Below are positions 1-14,609 of a stretch of DNA of 64,000 bases, piece after piece (the stretch's first letter is position 1; each line of letters opens with the position of its first letter). This stretch comes from Eledone cirrhosa (Eukaryota): positions 319,672,001 through 319,736,000 of the forward strand of contig OZ024743.1 in the NCBI GenBank assembly GCA_964016885.1, in the 5' to 3' direction. The position numbers and the translations under genes were made by a program. The notes beneath the pieces are model-generated. The model saw nothing but the letters and a program-made list of their open reading frames with translations, made no database searches and was not told the DNA's origin.

Positions 1-1505
1 GTTTGCAACTCGGATCGTGGAGAGGCAAACCGATGCCTTCCGATGGCGTCGTCGGACGCTGGACGGAAGGACCGGTAAAGCTGCTCGGGGTCTAGTTTGG
101 TCCGGACCTCCAGGTGGTGAAGAACTGGAACGAAGTGACGGCCAAGGTGTTTGCACTCACCCAGAAGTGGACTGAGTGCAAACTATCCTTGAAAGGTCGA
201 GCGGAGGTGGCGAACACTTTTATAGCGTCCGCCATCTACTACCGCTTGATCGTCGTGCCTTGTCCAGCCAAAACGCTCGCCAAAATGGAGCGCGCGCTCT
301 TCCGATTCCTTTGGAAGAGGCGGGCTCCTTTGGTGAGAAGATCCATCTGCTGCCAACACCCTTCTATCGGAGGACTGGGGATGCCGTGGTTGACGATGTG
401 CAAACACGCGCTCAGGCTGCGGCATCTCTACGTATTCCTCACCTGAAAACCGGTGTGGGCCCCGTTCGTGAGGGGAGCCTTCCCACGACTCGTCTCGCTG
501 ACCGAGCTGCAGTCCTGGGTCAAGCAAAGACCGAGGGAAATGGGCGACTGGCACATCGAATGTGCTCAGGCGCTCACAGCCCTCTGGTAGGCGGACCCGG
601 CGATCAGTGGAGACTCCACTTCGTCATTCTAGAGAGGGTTGATCCGCAGCAAGTGCGACGACGCGCTCGGTGAAACTCTAGGCGTAGATGAAGATGAAAT
701 GGCCAGTCTGTTCGGTAGGACCTTCCGCCCGGGACCGATGGACTACTTCCAAAAGTCCCTGGCCTGGCAGTGCTACTGAGGAGCTCTACCAGTTCGAGAC
801 AAGCTCTACAGACATGGGCGCCCGGGCAGGGACCCTGCAAAAAAGATCTGTCCGAGGTGCGTGCGAGACGAAGAAACCGTCGCGCACGCATTCATACAGT
901 GCCCGGGCATCACTGACCTGTGGGGCTATGTAGAACGACTATTGTCGCGGATGGGACCAATCTGGTTGACCACCGAGTCCATTGTCATGATCAAACCGCC
1001 ACCCTCCTTCAAAAACGAAGGAGAGGCGGTTTTCCTTTGTGTGATAGCTATGGCGAAAGAGGTTGTATGGTGGACAAGGTTGAAAGGGCTGAGGCCAGAC
1101 ACCTTTCTCTCCGATCAACAACTGATTCTTTTTTTCAAATACCACTTTGGAAGAAGAATCAGGATGGAGAGAGAGGTGCTGTACCCCAGCAAGTTTTATG
1201 AAAGGTGGGTGAAAGTGGCGAGAATGGCCCGAGTGAATGGGCCTTCTCTCTATATCAGCATGTAGGTTGAGGAAAAGGAGGAGGAGAGGAAAGGAGTACA
1301 AACTCTTCGTACTCCTGGAGATGAGGGTTGCACATTTTTTCGGGGGTATGTGTGACCCATATAAACTGTCTCCCCCTATTGGGGAAAATCGACTAACTTT
1401 TTAAATTGCATTTGTGATAACATTTTACACGTTTTTTATTGTATCTAAACTTCCCCCTTTGTATTTGTCCCCTTCTTTTGTGCCCCTGTGGCTAATAAAG
1501 AAACA

Positions 1506-1506
<1 letters not shown>
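1..1506 (+). mobile_element. Tx1-clade (L1) non-LTR retrotransposon, 3' part of ORF2 plus 3'UTR, decayed (copy 1, subfamily A)
   Basis: ORF pieces 114..446 and 861..1265 give the Tx1/L1 ORF2 C-terminus (LSLKGRAEVANTF, GGLGMP, CPRC...ETVAHAFIQC zinc finger) with stops and frameshifts. AATAAA near 1493 is followed by (TATC)n. Confidence 0.9.

Positions 1507-1552
<46 letters not shown>
1507..1552. repeat. (TATC)n microsatellite joining two Tx1 copies
   Basis: Read directly; the tail of copy 1 abuts the truncated 5' end of copy 2. Confidence 0.95.
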
Positions 1553-3157
1553 GTGTTCAGAGGATGGATCGAGGCGATGCACACCAGCATCTGCTCGAGG
1601 GTCAAGGTGAACGGCTACCTATCGGAGCCGTTCGCAATCACGCGTTCCATTCGACAGGGATGCCCTCTCTCCTCCATTCTGTATGTATTGACTCTAGAGC
1701 CACTACTGCGGAAATTGGAGCTGTTGCAGGGCATCCCCCTAGAACCGGGACTGCGCAAAGCGGCGTCGGCTTATGCCGACGACATGACAGTAATGGTGTC
1801 GAGCACCTCGGAAATCGGGGTGATCGGCAACATACTGAAAGAATACGAAATGCTGACGGGAGCAAAACTAAACCCAGACAAATCTGTCGGTTTGCAACTC
1901 GGTACGTGGAGAGGCAAACCGATGACATCCGACAGCGTCGTTGGACGCTGGACGGACGGGCCGGTGAAATTGCTCGGGGTCTGGTTCGGTCCAGACCTCC
2001 AGGTGGAGAAAAACTGGAACGAGGTCACGGCCAAGGTGTTTGCACTCACTCAGAAGTGGGCAGAGTGCAAACTGTCCTTGAAAGGTCGAGCGGAGGTGGC
2101 GAACACTTTCATAGCGTCCGTCATCTACTACCGCTTGACTGTCGTGCCTTGTCCCCGTGAACACCTCGCCAAGATGGAACGCATGCTCTTCCAATTTCTG
2201 TGGAAGAAGCAGGCTCCGCTGGTGAGGAGATCCGTCTGGTGTCAGCACCCTTCCAACGGAGGGCTGGGAATGCCGTGGCTGATGATGCGCAAACATGCGC
2301 TGAGGCTGCGGCATCTCCAGGTATTCCTCACCGACCCCCAACCGGTGTGGGCACCGTTTGTGAGACAGGCTTTCCCACAGCTCGTCTCGCTAACGGAGCT
2401 GCAGTCCTGGGTGAAGAAAAGACCGAAAACGATGGGCGCCTGGCACATTGAATGCGCTCAGGCGCTCACAGTCCTCAGGCAAGCGGGCGCAGCAATCAGT
2501 GGAGACTCCACTTCGACATTCTATAGAGGGATTGTACGTTACAAGGGCGACGACGTGCTCGGAGAGACTCTGGGCGTCGAAGACGATGAGCTCACCAGTA
2601 TGTTTGGTAGGACTTTCCGCCCGGGACCTATGGACAACTTCCAGAGGTCCCTGGCCTGGCAGTGCTACCGAGGAGCTCTACCGGTTCGTGACAAGATCTA
2701 CAGGCACGGACGCCCTGGCAGGGATCCTTCCAAGAGGACGTGTCCAAGATGTGCGCAGGACATTGAAACATTTCTGCACGCAATTGTACACTACCCGGGC
2801 GTAAGCGACCTGTGGAACTATGCAGAACAACTGCTGTCGCGTATGGGACAAATACAGTTGACTGCCGAGTCCATAGTAAGGATCAAACCGCCAGACTCTT
2901 TCAAAAACGAAAGAGAGGCGGTTTTCCTCTGTACGGTGGCTATGGTGAAAGAAGTTATATGGTGGACGAGGTTGAGAGGACTGAGGACAGATGCCTTTCT
3001 CTCCGGACAACAATTGATTCCCTTCTTTAAGTATCACTTTAGAAGGAGAATCAGGGTGGAGAGAGAGGCACTACACCCCAGTAAATTTACTGAAAGGTGG
3101 GTGAATGAAGCGAAAATGGCCCGAGTGATTGGGCCTTCTCTGTTTATAAGCCTGTAG
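1553..3157 (+). CDS. Tx1/L1 ORF2 C-terminal half: reverse transcriptase and zinc finger (5'-truncated, no true start)
   Basis: RQGCPLS, YADD, GAKLNPDKS, LLGVWFG, GGLGMP and CPRC..ETFLH motifs in an uninterrupted 534-aa frame. Confidence 0.9.
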   Translation: MFRGWIEAMHTSICSRVKVNGYLSEPFAITRSIRQGCPLSSILYVLTLEPLLRKLELLQGIPLEPGLRKAASAYADDMTVMVSSTSEIGVIGNILKEYEMLTGAKLNPDKSVGLQLGTWRGKPMTSDSVVGRWTDGPVKLLGVWFGPDLQVEKNWNEVTAKVFALTQKWAECKLSLKGRAEVANTFIASVIYYRLTVVPCPREHLAKMERMLFQFLWKKQAPLVRRSVWCQHPSNGGLGMPWLMMRKHALRLRHLQVFLTDPQPVWAPFVRQAFPQLVSLTELQSWVKKRPKTMGAWHIECAQALTVLRQAGAAISGDSTSTFYRGIVRYKGDDVLGETLGVEDDELTSMFGRTFRPGPMDNFQRSLAWQCYRGALPVRDKIYRHGRPGRDPSKRTCPRCAQDIETFLHAIVHYPGVSDLWNYAEQLLSRMGQIQLTAESIVRIKPPDSFKNEREAVFLCTVAMVKEVIWWTRLRGLRTDAFLSGQQLIPFFKYHFRRRIRVEREALHPSKFTERWVNEAKMARVIGPSLFISL

Positions 3158-3398
3158 GTTGAGGAAGAGAGCAAAAGGAAGAAAGGAGCATTTGCACAAC
3201 ACGCTCCTCGAGTTGAGGGTTGTTCTATCGACGGGGTATTAAACAACCCATTTGTGGCGCCTCCCCCCTATTGGGGATTTCGATTGTTGAAATTGTTTGT
3301 TTTTATATTTTTTACACGACTGTATGTAAAATCCCCGGCATGTCTTTGTATTGTCCCCTTTCTTGTTGCGCCCTTGTGGTTAATAAAGAAATCTATCT
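1553..3398 (+). mobile_element. Tx1-clade LINE, 5'-truncated (copy 2, subfamily B)
   Basis: Open frame 1553..3157, then a 3'UTR ending aataaagaaatctatctat. Confidence 0.92.
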
Positions 3399-3669
3399 AT
3401 GTACGTACGTATGTATATGTGTGTCTGTATATGCATATATATGTTTTTATGTATGCATGTGTATGTATATATGTACTTATGTACATATGTATGTATGCAT
3501 GTATTTATGTATGGCATATGTGTATATAATATATAAATATCATACATAACTATATATATATAGCAATACAAAATTATTCGAATATATTTAATATATGACT
3601 GAAATGGAATATTTTACTCAGTAATAATTTGTAGATAAATGATATTCTTCGTAAACATATAACCCCTTT

Positions 3670-3730
<61 letters not shown>

Positions 3731-3780
3731 GCTCTCTCTTTTACACTCACACACACATACGCACACACACCCCACACACA

Positions 3781-5475
3781 TTTACAATTCCTTTTTCATA
3801 AATACTTGTTGGTAGAGGTCAGTAAGATACCTCCAATAGAATATCAGTTTTTTGTACCAGTAGCCGACAATCATGTCTCTTCTTGGTGTTTACTTATCTT
3901 GGAGTTTTCCTATCATAGTCTCAAGGGTACCCTCACTTATTTCGTATGTTTTTGTTGTAGTGTAAGAGCAATAGTTCTTTCGGATTTCTCTTAGCCACAC
4001 TGCATCTTGGTTGAAATTCTTCTTTTCACCCCATATTTTGCTCCAAAAGGAATCTATGTCTTTCTGGGATGGGGCCTCAGTGACACTTATTATTTTGTTC
4101 TTCATATCTCTATAGACTGATGTTTGGTTTCGCCTGAATCTTTTATTAAGCACTTTTCTTTCATCTACCTTCTTCAGGTATCAGCGTTTTTCGCTAACAG
4201 CTCTCAATTCTTGTTTGAGGGAGATCAGCTTATATTGAAGAGTTCTGGTTCTACTGTTACCAAACAGCGTCTCTATTTTATTTTTCACTCATTGTTGGTG
4301 AGGAGTGAGGTTTTTTTGTGTTTCTTTGCATGTAAGGAGCATTGTCACATATCCTATGGTTTTTCGTAGGTCATCAATCTTTTTTTTCTATTTTAGTTAT
4401 ATATGATGGTATTTTTGGTGGTGGTCTGTTCTTGTTAATATCTCTGCTATCACCAAGATAATGCTTCACTGTCGTTGCTAAGGCGTTGATTTGCGTCGTA
4501 AATATTCATCTCTTATTTCGTCAATAACACGTAATATTTCATTATTTGTTTTTTTGTTATTAAACATTGTCGTTTTAACACGTTCAGCAAGAGAGATATT
4601 TATACATGAATTAATTTCTCTCTGGAAGATTTCGTTGAGGGAAATTTTCAATTGTTTATACTTTTGATTATTATCATTATCGATAGTATTTTCGACAACA
4701 ATCGAGGTAGACTCGGATAGTACACGTGGTGTCAAATTTCTTCGATTATTATTATTATTTCTTCGATTATTATTATTATCGATAGTGTTTTCCCCAGCAT
4801 TCGAGGTAGACTTATATGGTACAAGTGGTGTCAAGTTTCTTACGGGCATAGTTGTTTCAAGGCGCTGTTCGACCTGGCTGCTAGGAAGTCTAGTAGCATG
4901 GCGACCTGTAGCACGTGTTATTGATCCCATGTTTGTTGTGGGGGACTTACAATTAATACTATTTATCTTATTTTTACGTTCAACAAACGTCGCTTGTTGG
5001 CGTAATTGTTTCGCTGTGAAATAATTTAGCTCTGGGTGCATTTCCTGTAGCTTCATTCTGTTCATATAGCCAATGGAAGGATTGTTTTTTTCCATTTACA
5101 AATTAACAATTAAATAAATCATTATTAAGTTCGCAACTCCAAGAGAAATGCGATTTATAATTTCGGTTTCTTCTGTAGCTACAACTGAATAAAGTTTGTT
5201 TACCTTTCTTGTTGGTTGTCTTCGATACTTCCTTAATTTTGTTGTTGATGTTGTGTTCAGCCATGCTGTTTGTAACAAATCCTTGTAAAATGAATTATGT
5301 ATTTAGTCGGATATCTCTACGAATTAAAGGTGTCTTCAGAAGATATAGTTAGAAGAATAACCAGTTATTCAACATGACTGTAGTTGTGGCATTAATGTTG
5401 GAGATAGTATTCATCTTAAATTTAATAAATAGTCTCCCACGCCAAAATATGCGACTGATCGCGTTGAATGCATAG

Positions 5476-5476
<1 letters not shown>
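3781..5476 (-). mobile_element. R4/Dong-like LINE, 5' region (5'UTR and N-terminal ORF up to the start of RT), decayed
   Basis: ORF 3890..4153 (NKRFRRN..VYRDM..P...IDSFWSKIW...NQDAVWL) matches the pre-RT region typical of the R4/Dong clade. ORF 4478..5095 is the N-terminal part. The 5' end abuts (CATA)n. Confidence 0.7.
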
Positions 5477-5507
<31 letters not shown>

Positions 5508-5513
5508 TGTATG

Positions 5514-5544
<31 letters not shown>

Positions 5545-5651
5545 GGACGGATGTATGTATGTTGGTATGTGTGTATATTCGCATGAATGCACATATACAT
5601 ATGTATGTATGTACGTGTGCATGTATGTATTTATGTGCACATGTATGTATG

Positions 5652-6137
5652 TTCTTCTGGTTTTATAATTTTTTTACTTTATACCAATAGAGAGTCGGTT
5701 TCTAGCATAGACACATGAGTCTTTCACTGGAATTTAAACACCACCAACTAGGTAGATGTGTATGTCGGTATGTGCGTGTGTATGTGAAGGTATGGATGTT
5801 ATTGCATGTGTGAATGTGTATGTTTTGAGTTTTATGTGTACATGTGCATATATTTTGTATCTGTACATGTGAAAATACTGTTATTAGATGCAGAATATTT
5901 GGAATGTTTTACATATTTTTACTGTTCCATTAATGGATTATACTTGTAGTTTTCTAACCAGTCGTGTTCTTTCGTTTTTTATGAAGCCCAGCTTCTCGGG
6001 ATTTGTATTGAGAAAGTTGCTAACATACCCCAGTGCCCCAATAATCACAGGCATAAATCTGAAGGTATAGTCAGGGTGGAGTGCCTGCAGATTCCTCATT
6101 AGTTCTGCATAGATATTCACCTTTTGGCTAATCTTTA

Positions 6138-6139
<2 letters not shown>
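5652..6139 (-). mobile_element. R4/Dong-like LINE 3' fragment (end of restriction-like endonuclease plus 3'UTR)
   Basis: KVNIYAELMRNLQALHPDYTFRFMPVIIGALG resembles the K..KY..L...VPV.IGALG end of the RLE domain. (TATG)n flanks both sides. Confidence 0.75.
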
Positions 6140-6168
<29 letters not shown>

Positions 6169-6224
6169 TGTATGTATGTATGTATGTATGTATGTATGTT
6201 TATATGCATGTATGTGAATGTACG

Positions 6225-6668
6225 TAGTGACTAACTGTAACAGCACGAATCAAATATAATATACATCCATCTAACCAAGCATCCATCCGTCCTTACATAC
6301 ATACACACAGACAATCATGCATACACACACATAAGGTCTCACACACATTGAAAACCACGAGTTGGCCTGCCGCTTTCAGCGCATCTATTCATAGAACCTC
6401 CGGAGAAACGCATTAGTAATTCTGTCCATTGGGAACATAATTTAACTTCTATCTGATGTTTTGCAAGAAATTGTAGTGTTGGAGTGGTACATTCATTCAA
6501 TACATCTTCCCCCACCACCTGCTATCATTCAGGCTGACGCATTTACAATGCTGTCCGCTGGAACAACGAGGCAAAATCCACCTGAGATTCTGCACTTCAG
6601 AGCGACAGAACTGGCAGACGAAAGAACGAGACAATCTTTCATTCGTGGAATTATGCTCTGGCCGTTAG

Positions 6669-6672
<4 letters not shown>
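6225..6672. mobile_element. Putative MITE with short TIRs (TAGTGACTAAC...GTTAGTCACTA)
   Basis: tagtgactaac at 6225 and gttagtcacta ending near 6672; an extra copy of the terminus (tagtgactaacggccagagca) lies near 6800. Confidence 0.45.
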
Positions 6673-6753
<81 letters not shown>

Positions 6754-6856
6754 TGCAAATTTATACGGGAACAAAACAGAGAGGCAGATATATATATATA
6801 GTGACTAACGGCCAGAGCAGATATCAATACACACACACACATATATATATATGTAT

Positions 6857-7045
6857 AATTGTCTCTACTTTAGGCACAAGGCCAGCAATTACCCAGTGCA
6901 TTACTGGTACTTTATTTTATCGACCCCGTAAGGATGAAAGGCAAAGTCAACCTCGGCAGGATTTGAACTCAGATCGTAAAGGGACGTAACTATGCTGGAA
7001 AGCATGGCGTCCGACCCTCTACTGATACTGCCAATCCACCGCCCT
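6857..7045 (-). mobile_element. tRNA-derived SINE, octopus type (family 1)
   Basis: Reverse complement of ggcggtggattggcag...gagttcaaatcc (B-box)...gcctttcatcc...gataaaataaagtaccag...gctggccttgtgcc; recurs many times in the window. Confidence 0.85.
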
Positions 7046-7660
7046 TATATATATATATATAATATATGCAGAATAGGATGGCTGTGTAGTTGCTAGTTAA
7101 GGTAGGCTTAAAAACAAAAATAAGAAGGAATCAAGAACGGAGTGGGTGGGGACTTTTCCTCATCAGTTGTCTACTGGGGTCTCAGATATTTCAATTCACA
7201 CTCGCTGGGATCAGACGTGTCTTTTCGTTCGTCCACACGCTCTAGAACTTATGTTCAGCCACCGACGTGGACTTGGATTTTCTTCAAGTTGCTCGTACAT
7301 TCTTCGGTCTGTTGTTTACTGTTTTTTTTTCGTTTTTTGTCGCTGTTTTTCTCTTTTCTCCCTTTTCCCTCTTTTTTATCCTATTTTCCTTCCCTTCCTC
7401 CTCCGTTTTCCCAATAATTTACCTAGTTATTGAACGCTCTGCAGGTAGATATATTGTCTTTAAAGCGTTGAAATATCCGAGACTCCCAGTAGACAACTGA
7501 TGAGGATCCCCCCCCTTCTTGCTTTCTTCTTATTCTTATTCTTATTTTTAAGCCTATATATATATATATATATATATACGTTATTTCGGGTTGAATAGGA
7601 GGTAACCACAGTAAGTAAGGTACTCAATACATAGCAGAGTATAAAAGTTTTAATATAGAT

Positions 7661-7713
7661 GAGATTCTACAGGACTAGAACTGTTTCATTCTTTAGAAAT
7701 CATCAGGAATCTC
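7661..7713 (-). ncRNA. Type I hammerhead ribozyme (fold-back copy at 7713-7760 on +)
   Basis: Minus strand reads gagattc CTGATGA tttctaaagaat GAAAC ag-ttctagtc-ct GTA gaatctc: 7-bp stem I, stem III ACAG/CTGT, GUA site, weak stem II. Confidence 0.8.
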
Positions 7714-7754
7714 TGATGATTTCTAAAGAATGAAACAGTTCTAGTCCTGTAGAA

Positions 7755-7854
<100 letters not shown>

Positions 7855-8051
7855 TTAAGGATACTATTTATGGTTATGTATATACTAAAACCTTTTATAG
7901 TTATATATATTTTAAACCCTAAACAGTGAAAGACTAATTTATTACTACCTTATTACCAGTAAGATAAATAGCTCAATGTAATAACATCAGTTGTTCTACA
8001 GAGCAGTTATATAGAAATTACATGAATCAAAGTTCTGTTCAAATCATTTAT

Positions 8052-8100
8052 TCGCTTACAATTGTTTCTTCCAAACCGAGGTTTGGAGTCTTCGGAGCAA
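8052..8100 (-). ncRNA. Type I hammerhead-like motif with CCGAAGA core
   Basis: Minus strand reads ttgct CCGAAGA ctccaaacc-tc-ggtttggaa GAAAC aatt GTA agcga, with a palindromic stem III. Confidence 0.65.
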
Positions 8101-9092
8101 TTTTTCAATGATTGTTTACATACTTGACCTCCTTTTCAACACAAGAGACATACAGAAACATATGTATATATTGATGCACAGTGGGTTGACATCCATTATA
8201 ATATTTAAGCATGGCAGTTTACATTCAAAGATTAAAGTCATATTAAAAGAAAATTACAACAAAATTAAAGTTATAATACAACATTTGCAGTTTACGATGA
8301 TGAGGCAGGAGGATAGTTAGAAGTAGTTAGTTACACGTGGGGCATGCACGTGTGTCCTATTTATATAAGATTATAGTGCAGTAAGGTGTTATATGGAATA
8401 TAAGCACTTTAAGCGGGCAATCAAGAGTATTATGGGGGTTGTATAGTATTTTATATGTATGATATAGAAGCTTGTGTGCAGAGAAATATTTAAAATATTA
8501 AGAATGAGAAGCAAAACAGTGTTATGGTTTTTCGTATACACCACCATTTTCACAATCCAGCAGAGAATCCCGCATGAACTAACAGCTCGGGAGGAAACTG
8601 CTTATCTCGAACATTCATTCGCCATCGTTCTTGTCAACGCTCCGTTTGTTGGTATTTGTTGGTCTACAGTTAGATGAATGGCGCACAAAGGGTTAATGTT
8701 TATTGGCAAGAAGTTTTTTGAATAATAAAAGACGGGTTAAAGCAACCTACAATGTATCTGTATATATATAGAATCTACACACAGAAAAGACGCAATGTTT
8801 AGACAAATCACAGAGGCAATAAACATAAATGAACTCCAACCAAAATTAAATAGAAAACATAAATGGAATAGCAACATCACAACTTACAATTAAGGACAAA
8901 ATGAAAACACACACATACATAGAACAAACAACCAACCAGTAACATGTAAATAAACAAATAAATAAACAAATATAAACACACACAGACACCCGGATGTAAC
9001 ACATGCGCAAACTAAGCACACAACACACACAAAAACAAGATGGCGTAGGACAGAACAAAGGAGATGCACAAAAACAAAGAAAAGAATCCTCA

Positions 9093-9135
9093 GTCACTGA
9101 AGAGGTCACAGAATGTGTGACGAAAGAACGTTGAC
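9093..9135 (+). ncRNA. Degenerate hammerhead motif
   Basis: gtca CTGAAGA ggtcaca-gaatg-tgtgac GAAA gaacgt tgac; stem III and the cleavage site are damaged. Confidence 0.5.
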
Positions 9136-9318
9136 AATATATAAACAACCGTCCGGTTGTGGAACCAACCAGCCAACCGGAAATTTATAAATTCTTAAAT
9201 TTATAAATTTAATTTATAATAAATTGGAGTGAAAGCAACTGGTGCGTGTGTTTCTTATTGACAACATGACCCTCCTAAAACATAACAATATATATATATA
9301 TAGAGAGAGATATATACA

Positions 9319-9438
<120 letters not shown>

Positions 9439-9604
9439 CATATATTTTTATGTGTATATTTATATGTGTATATGCATATATCTATATATGTGTATATGTT
9501 TGTATATGTATATATATATATGTATTTGTGTTGATATGTGTGTGTATATGTATATATGTGTATATATATATATGTATATATATGTGTGTGTGTGTGTGTG
9601 TGAA

Positions 9605-9892
9605 TGTAGCGACGCAAATACCTCAGCAATGACGTGTTCGTCAGAATGTCGTTATGCAGACACCAGACATACAGACATATATTACAAGGGCTCGACGGCG
9701 ATCGATAACCGGGGCCTAGCACTCCTTTAACAACAGAAAATTGAAAAATAAAAGCGGCAGTTAGTATCTTTAGACCACAAAGAATATATAAATGCAAGTT
9801 TGAAGTCAATCGGGGTAGAAATGTGGATTTGTATAGACTTTGCAAAAATGAGGAAACACACAGAGACAACATCAGTTTTATATATATATAGA
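9605..9892 (-). mobile_element. Helitron-like 5' fragment
   Basis: Minus strand starts TCTATATATATATAAAACTG like the Helitron at 13355. 9605-9690 resembles 47400-47479. Confidence 0.5.
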
Positions 9893-10323
9893 TAACAAAG
9901 AGGGTGTATTAAGATAGCAGGTGGGCCATAACGCACCAGAATACTCGATACTTGGGGTAGTAGAGTGGGTAATATTAAAAGATGTGATTTTTGTTGTGTT
10001 AACAATGGTCTGAGGATCAAGCAGACTTGGTGTCTCGTATGGGGTGCCAATCCTGATGCCGAACTGGCTGCTTTGGGAAACATTTGTAATCGGGTTGAGC
10101 AATAAATCTCATATGTAACATCTCCACTTTGTTGTTCTTCTTCTTAGACGGTTGTCCTCCCTTGCTTCTGCTAGACACCACTAGTGCGCGTTAGCCCCAG
10201 TGTTTGCATAGCTACAGCGTCCTAAAACCGTGTTTCTTTAGAAATACGAAATTTCTATACATATTTGTATAAAGCTATGCTTGATAGGCTTGAAGCGAAA
10301 TCCTATTTATTTATATGTATATG

Positions 10324-10866
<543 letters not shown>

Positions 10867-11025
10867 ATATATATATATATAGTATATAGTACAGAATTAG
10901 CCGTCGAAACGGCTTGAGCTCAGCCGTCGGGGTCTTACTTACTCCTATTACCCACTCTACTACCCTAAGTATTGAGTACTTTGGTGCGTTATGGTCCACC
11001 TGGTTCCTTACCACTTTTCCCTCGC

Positions 11026-11087
<62 letters not shown>

Positions 11088-11194
11088 AGATCTATATGAT
11101 ATACATACCAACACACACATATATATCCTAGAAACGATCGTAAGATGATGAATTTTTTAATATAAGGAACTGTTTCTTTGTTTTTATTCATTGT

Positions 11195-13013
<1,819 letters not shown>

Positions 13014-13354
13014 TATTATATATATATATATATACACAATGATATTAAATAAATGGAAACTTTATTTATAAAACCATATTTATTTTATTATATATATTTC
13101 TATATATTCTATATATTATATATATATATTATATATATATATTATATATAATCTATATATTTATTATATATATTTTTCAATAATAAGAAATTCACAGATA
13201 CATGTGAATACATAATATACATACATATATACACATATATCTCTCACAAGTATGTGAGATTGCGTGTTGCCAACCTTAACCGTTGTTGCTCTATGATTAA
13301 GAGGGAGAAAATAATCGGAATAAATTAAATTGACTCTATATGAGAGCTATATAA

Positions 13355-13880
13355 TCTATATATATAAAACTGTGGTTGTCTGTCTGTCTATCGATTTTTG
13401 GCACACATCTCCTTTTAGAATCTCTCACGGAATTGCACCGAAATTGCTATACTTGTACATTGAGCCCTAGCGAAGACATCGGAAAAAAATATTTCAAATT
13501 GACCCACCCTATGTGACGAAATCGAATCTAATGTATCGATTTTTGAGCGTAAGTGACGAGTTATTTCCCTTTGCTCTGTTTACATTGAGCGTCTTACGTT
13601 GTTTTTCTCTGCGTTGCAGTGTTTACATTTTCGATCTTTGTTAATAAATAACCAGTGCAGTTTTTATCCCCAGCATCCTATTTTGTTATAACATTCGGGT
13701 TATCGTTATGTTTTCTTAACTTCATAAGGCATATTGTTGGTTGAGGGAATATTAATCAAAAACACCACATGCAAGTCTGCACAGTAGACACTACAGTTTT
13801 TAAGCCAAAAAAGAAACTTAACATTGTAACTTTAACACAGCTACTGAGCGACCCCGAGCAACGCCGGGCTTTACTGCTAG
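13355..13880 (+). mobile_element. Non-autonomous Helitron
   Basis: Starts TCTATATATATAAAA and ends with the hairpin cccgagcaacgccggg plus CTAG. It is inserted between A and T of an older copy of the 593-bp family, with no TSD. Confidence 0.8.
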
Positions 13881-13924
13881 TACATTATAAAGAAAGAAGA
13901 AACATTAGACATAAATAAATAAAT

Positions 13925-14085
13925 AATTGTTTCTACTTTAGGCACAAGGCCAACAATTACCCAGTGTGTGACTGGTACTTTATTTTATCCACCCCGTAAG
14001 GATGAAAGGCAAACTCAACCTCGGCGGGATTTGAACTCAGATCGTAAAGGGACGTAACTATGCTGGAAAGCATGGCGTCCGACCA
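13925..14085 (-). mobile_element. tRNA-derived SINE (family 1)
   Basis: Near-identical to 6857-7045; another partial copy lies at 14820-14940. Confidence 0.85.
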
Positions 14086-14112
14086 AATAAATAATAGCTA
14101 TTAATTCTTCAC

Positions 14113-14207
14113 ATTCTCGACTGCACAGTTTCGTGTCTACTTTGCAAAAAATCCTATATCATAGAGATGTAGTATTCTTATGAGGTTTGCCAACTTATCA
14201 AGAGAAT
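14113..14207 (-). ncRNA. Diverged hammerhead of the 593-bp family (U3-A8 core)
   Basis: attctc TTGATAA gttggca...gacac GAAAC tgtgca GTC gagaat; stem I covaries with the 12454 copy. Confidence 0.72.
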
Positions 14208-14577
14208 ACCTCATTTAAAGTTTCAAAACAGGTCTGCACCGTGCGAGAGAATCCCGGGAAGCCGGAGGAGGACCCTATCACGTGATACAGCGGTCAAGAA
14301 ACAGAGCTAAATCCCTTATAACAATGAGAAATACCACAAATGGCGGAGGGGGCATTAATACAATGCCGAGGCTACAGACGAGGTGGCAAGGGAGGCTAGA
14401 AGTGTAAATAGTATTAGCTTGACATATGTGTATATATGTATGTATATGTATGTATTCACATGTATCTGTGTATTTCTCATTATTGTCTATAACTCCCTCA
14501 CAGTAGAGTAACCACAGAAGTATAGTGACTGCTTTCATTCGGGGGTTATCATCATATATATATGTGTATATATATAA

Positions 14578-14609
<32 letters not shown>

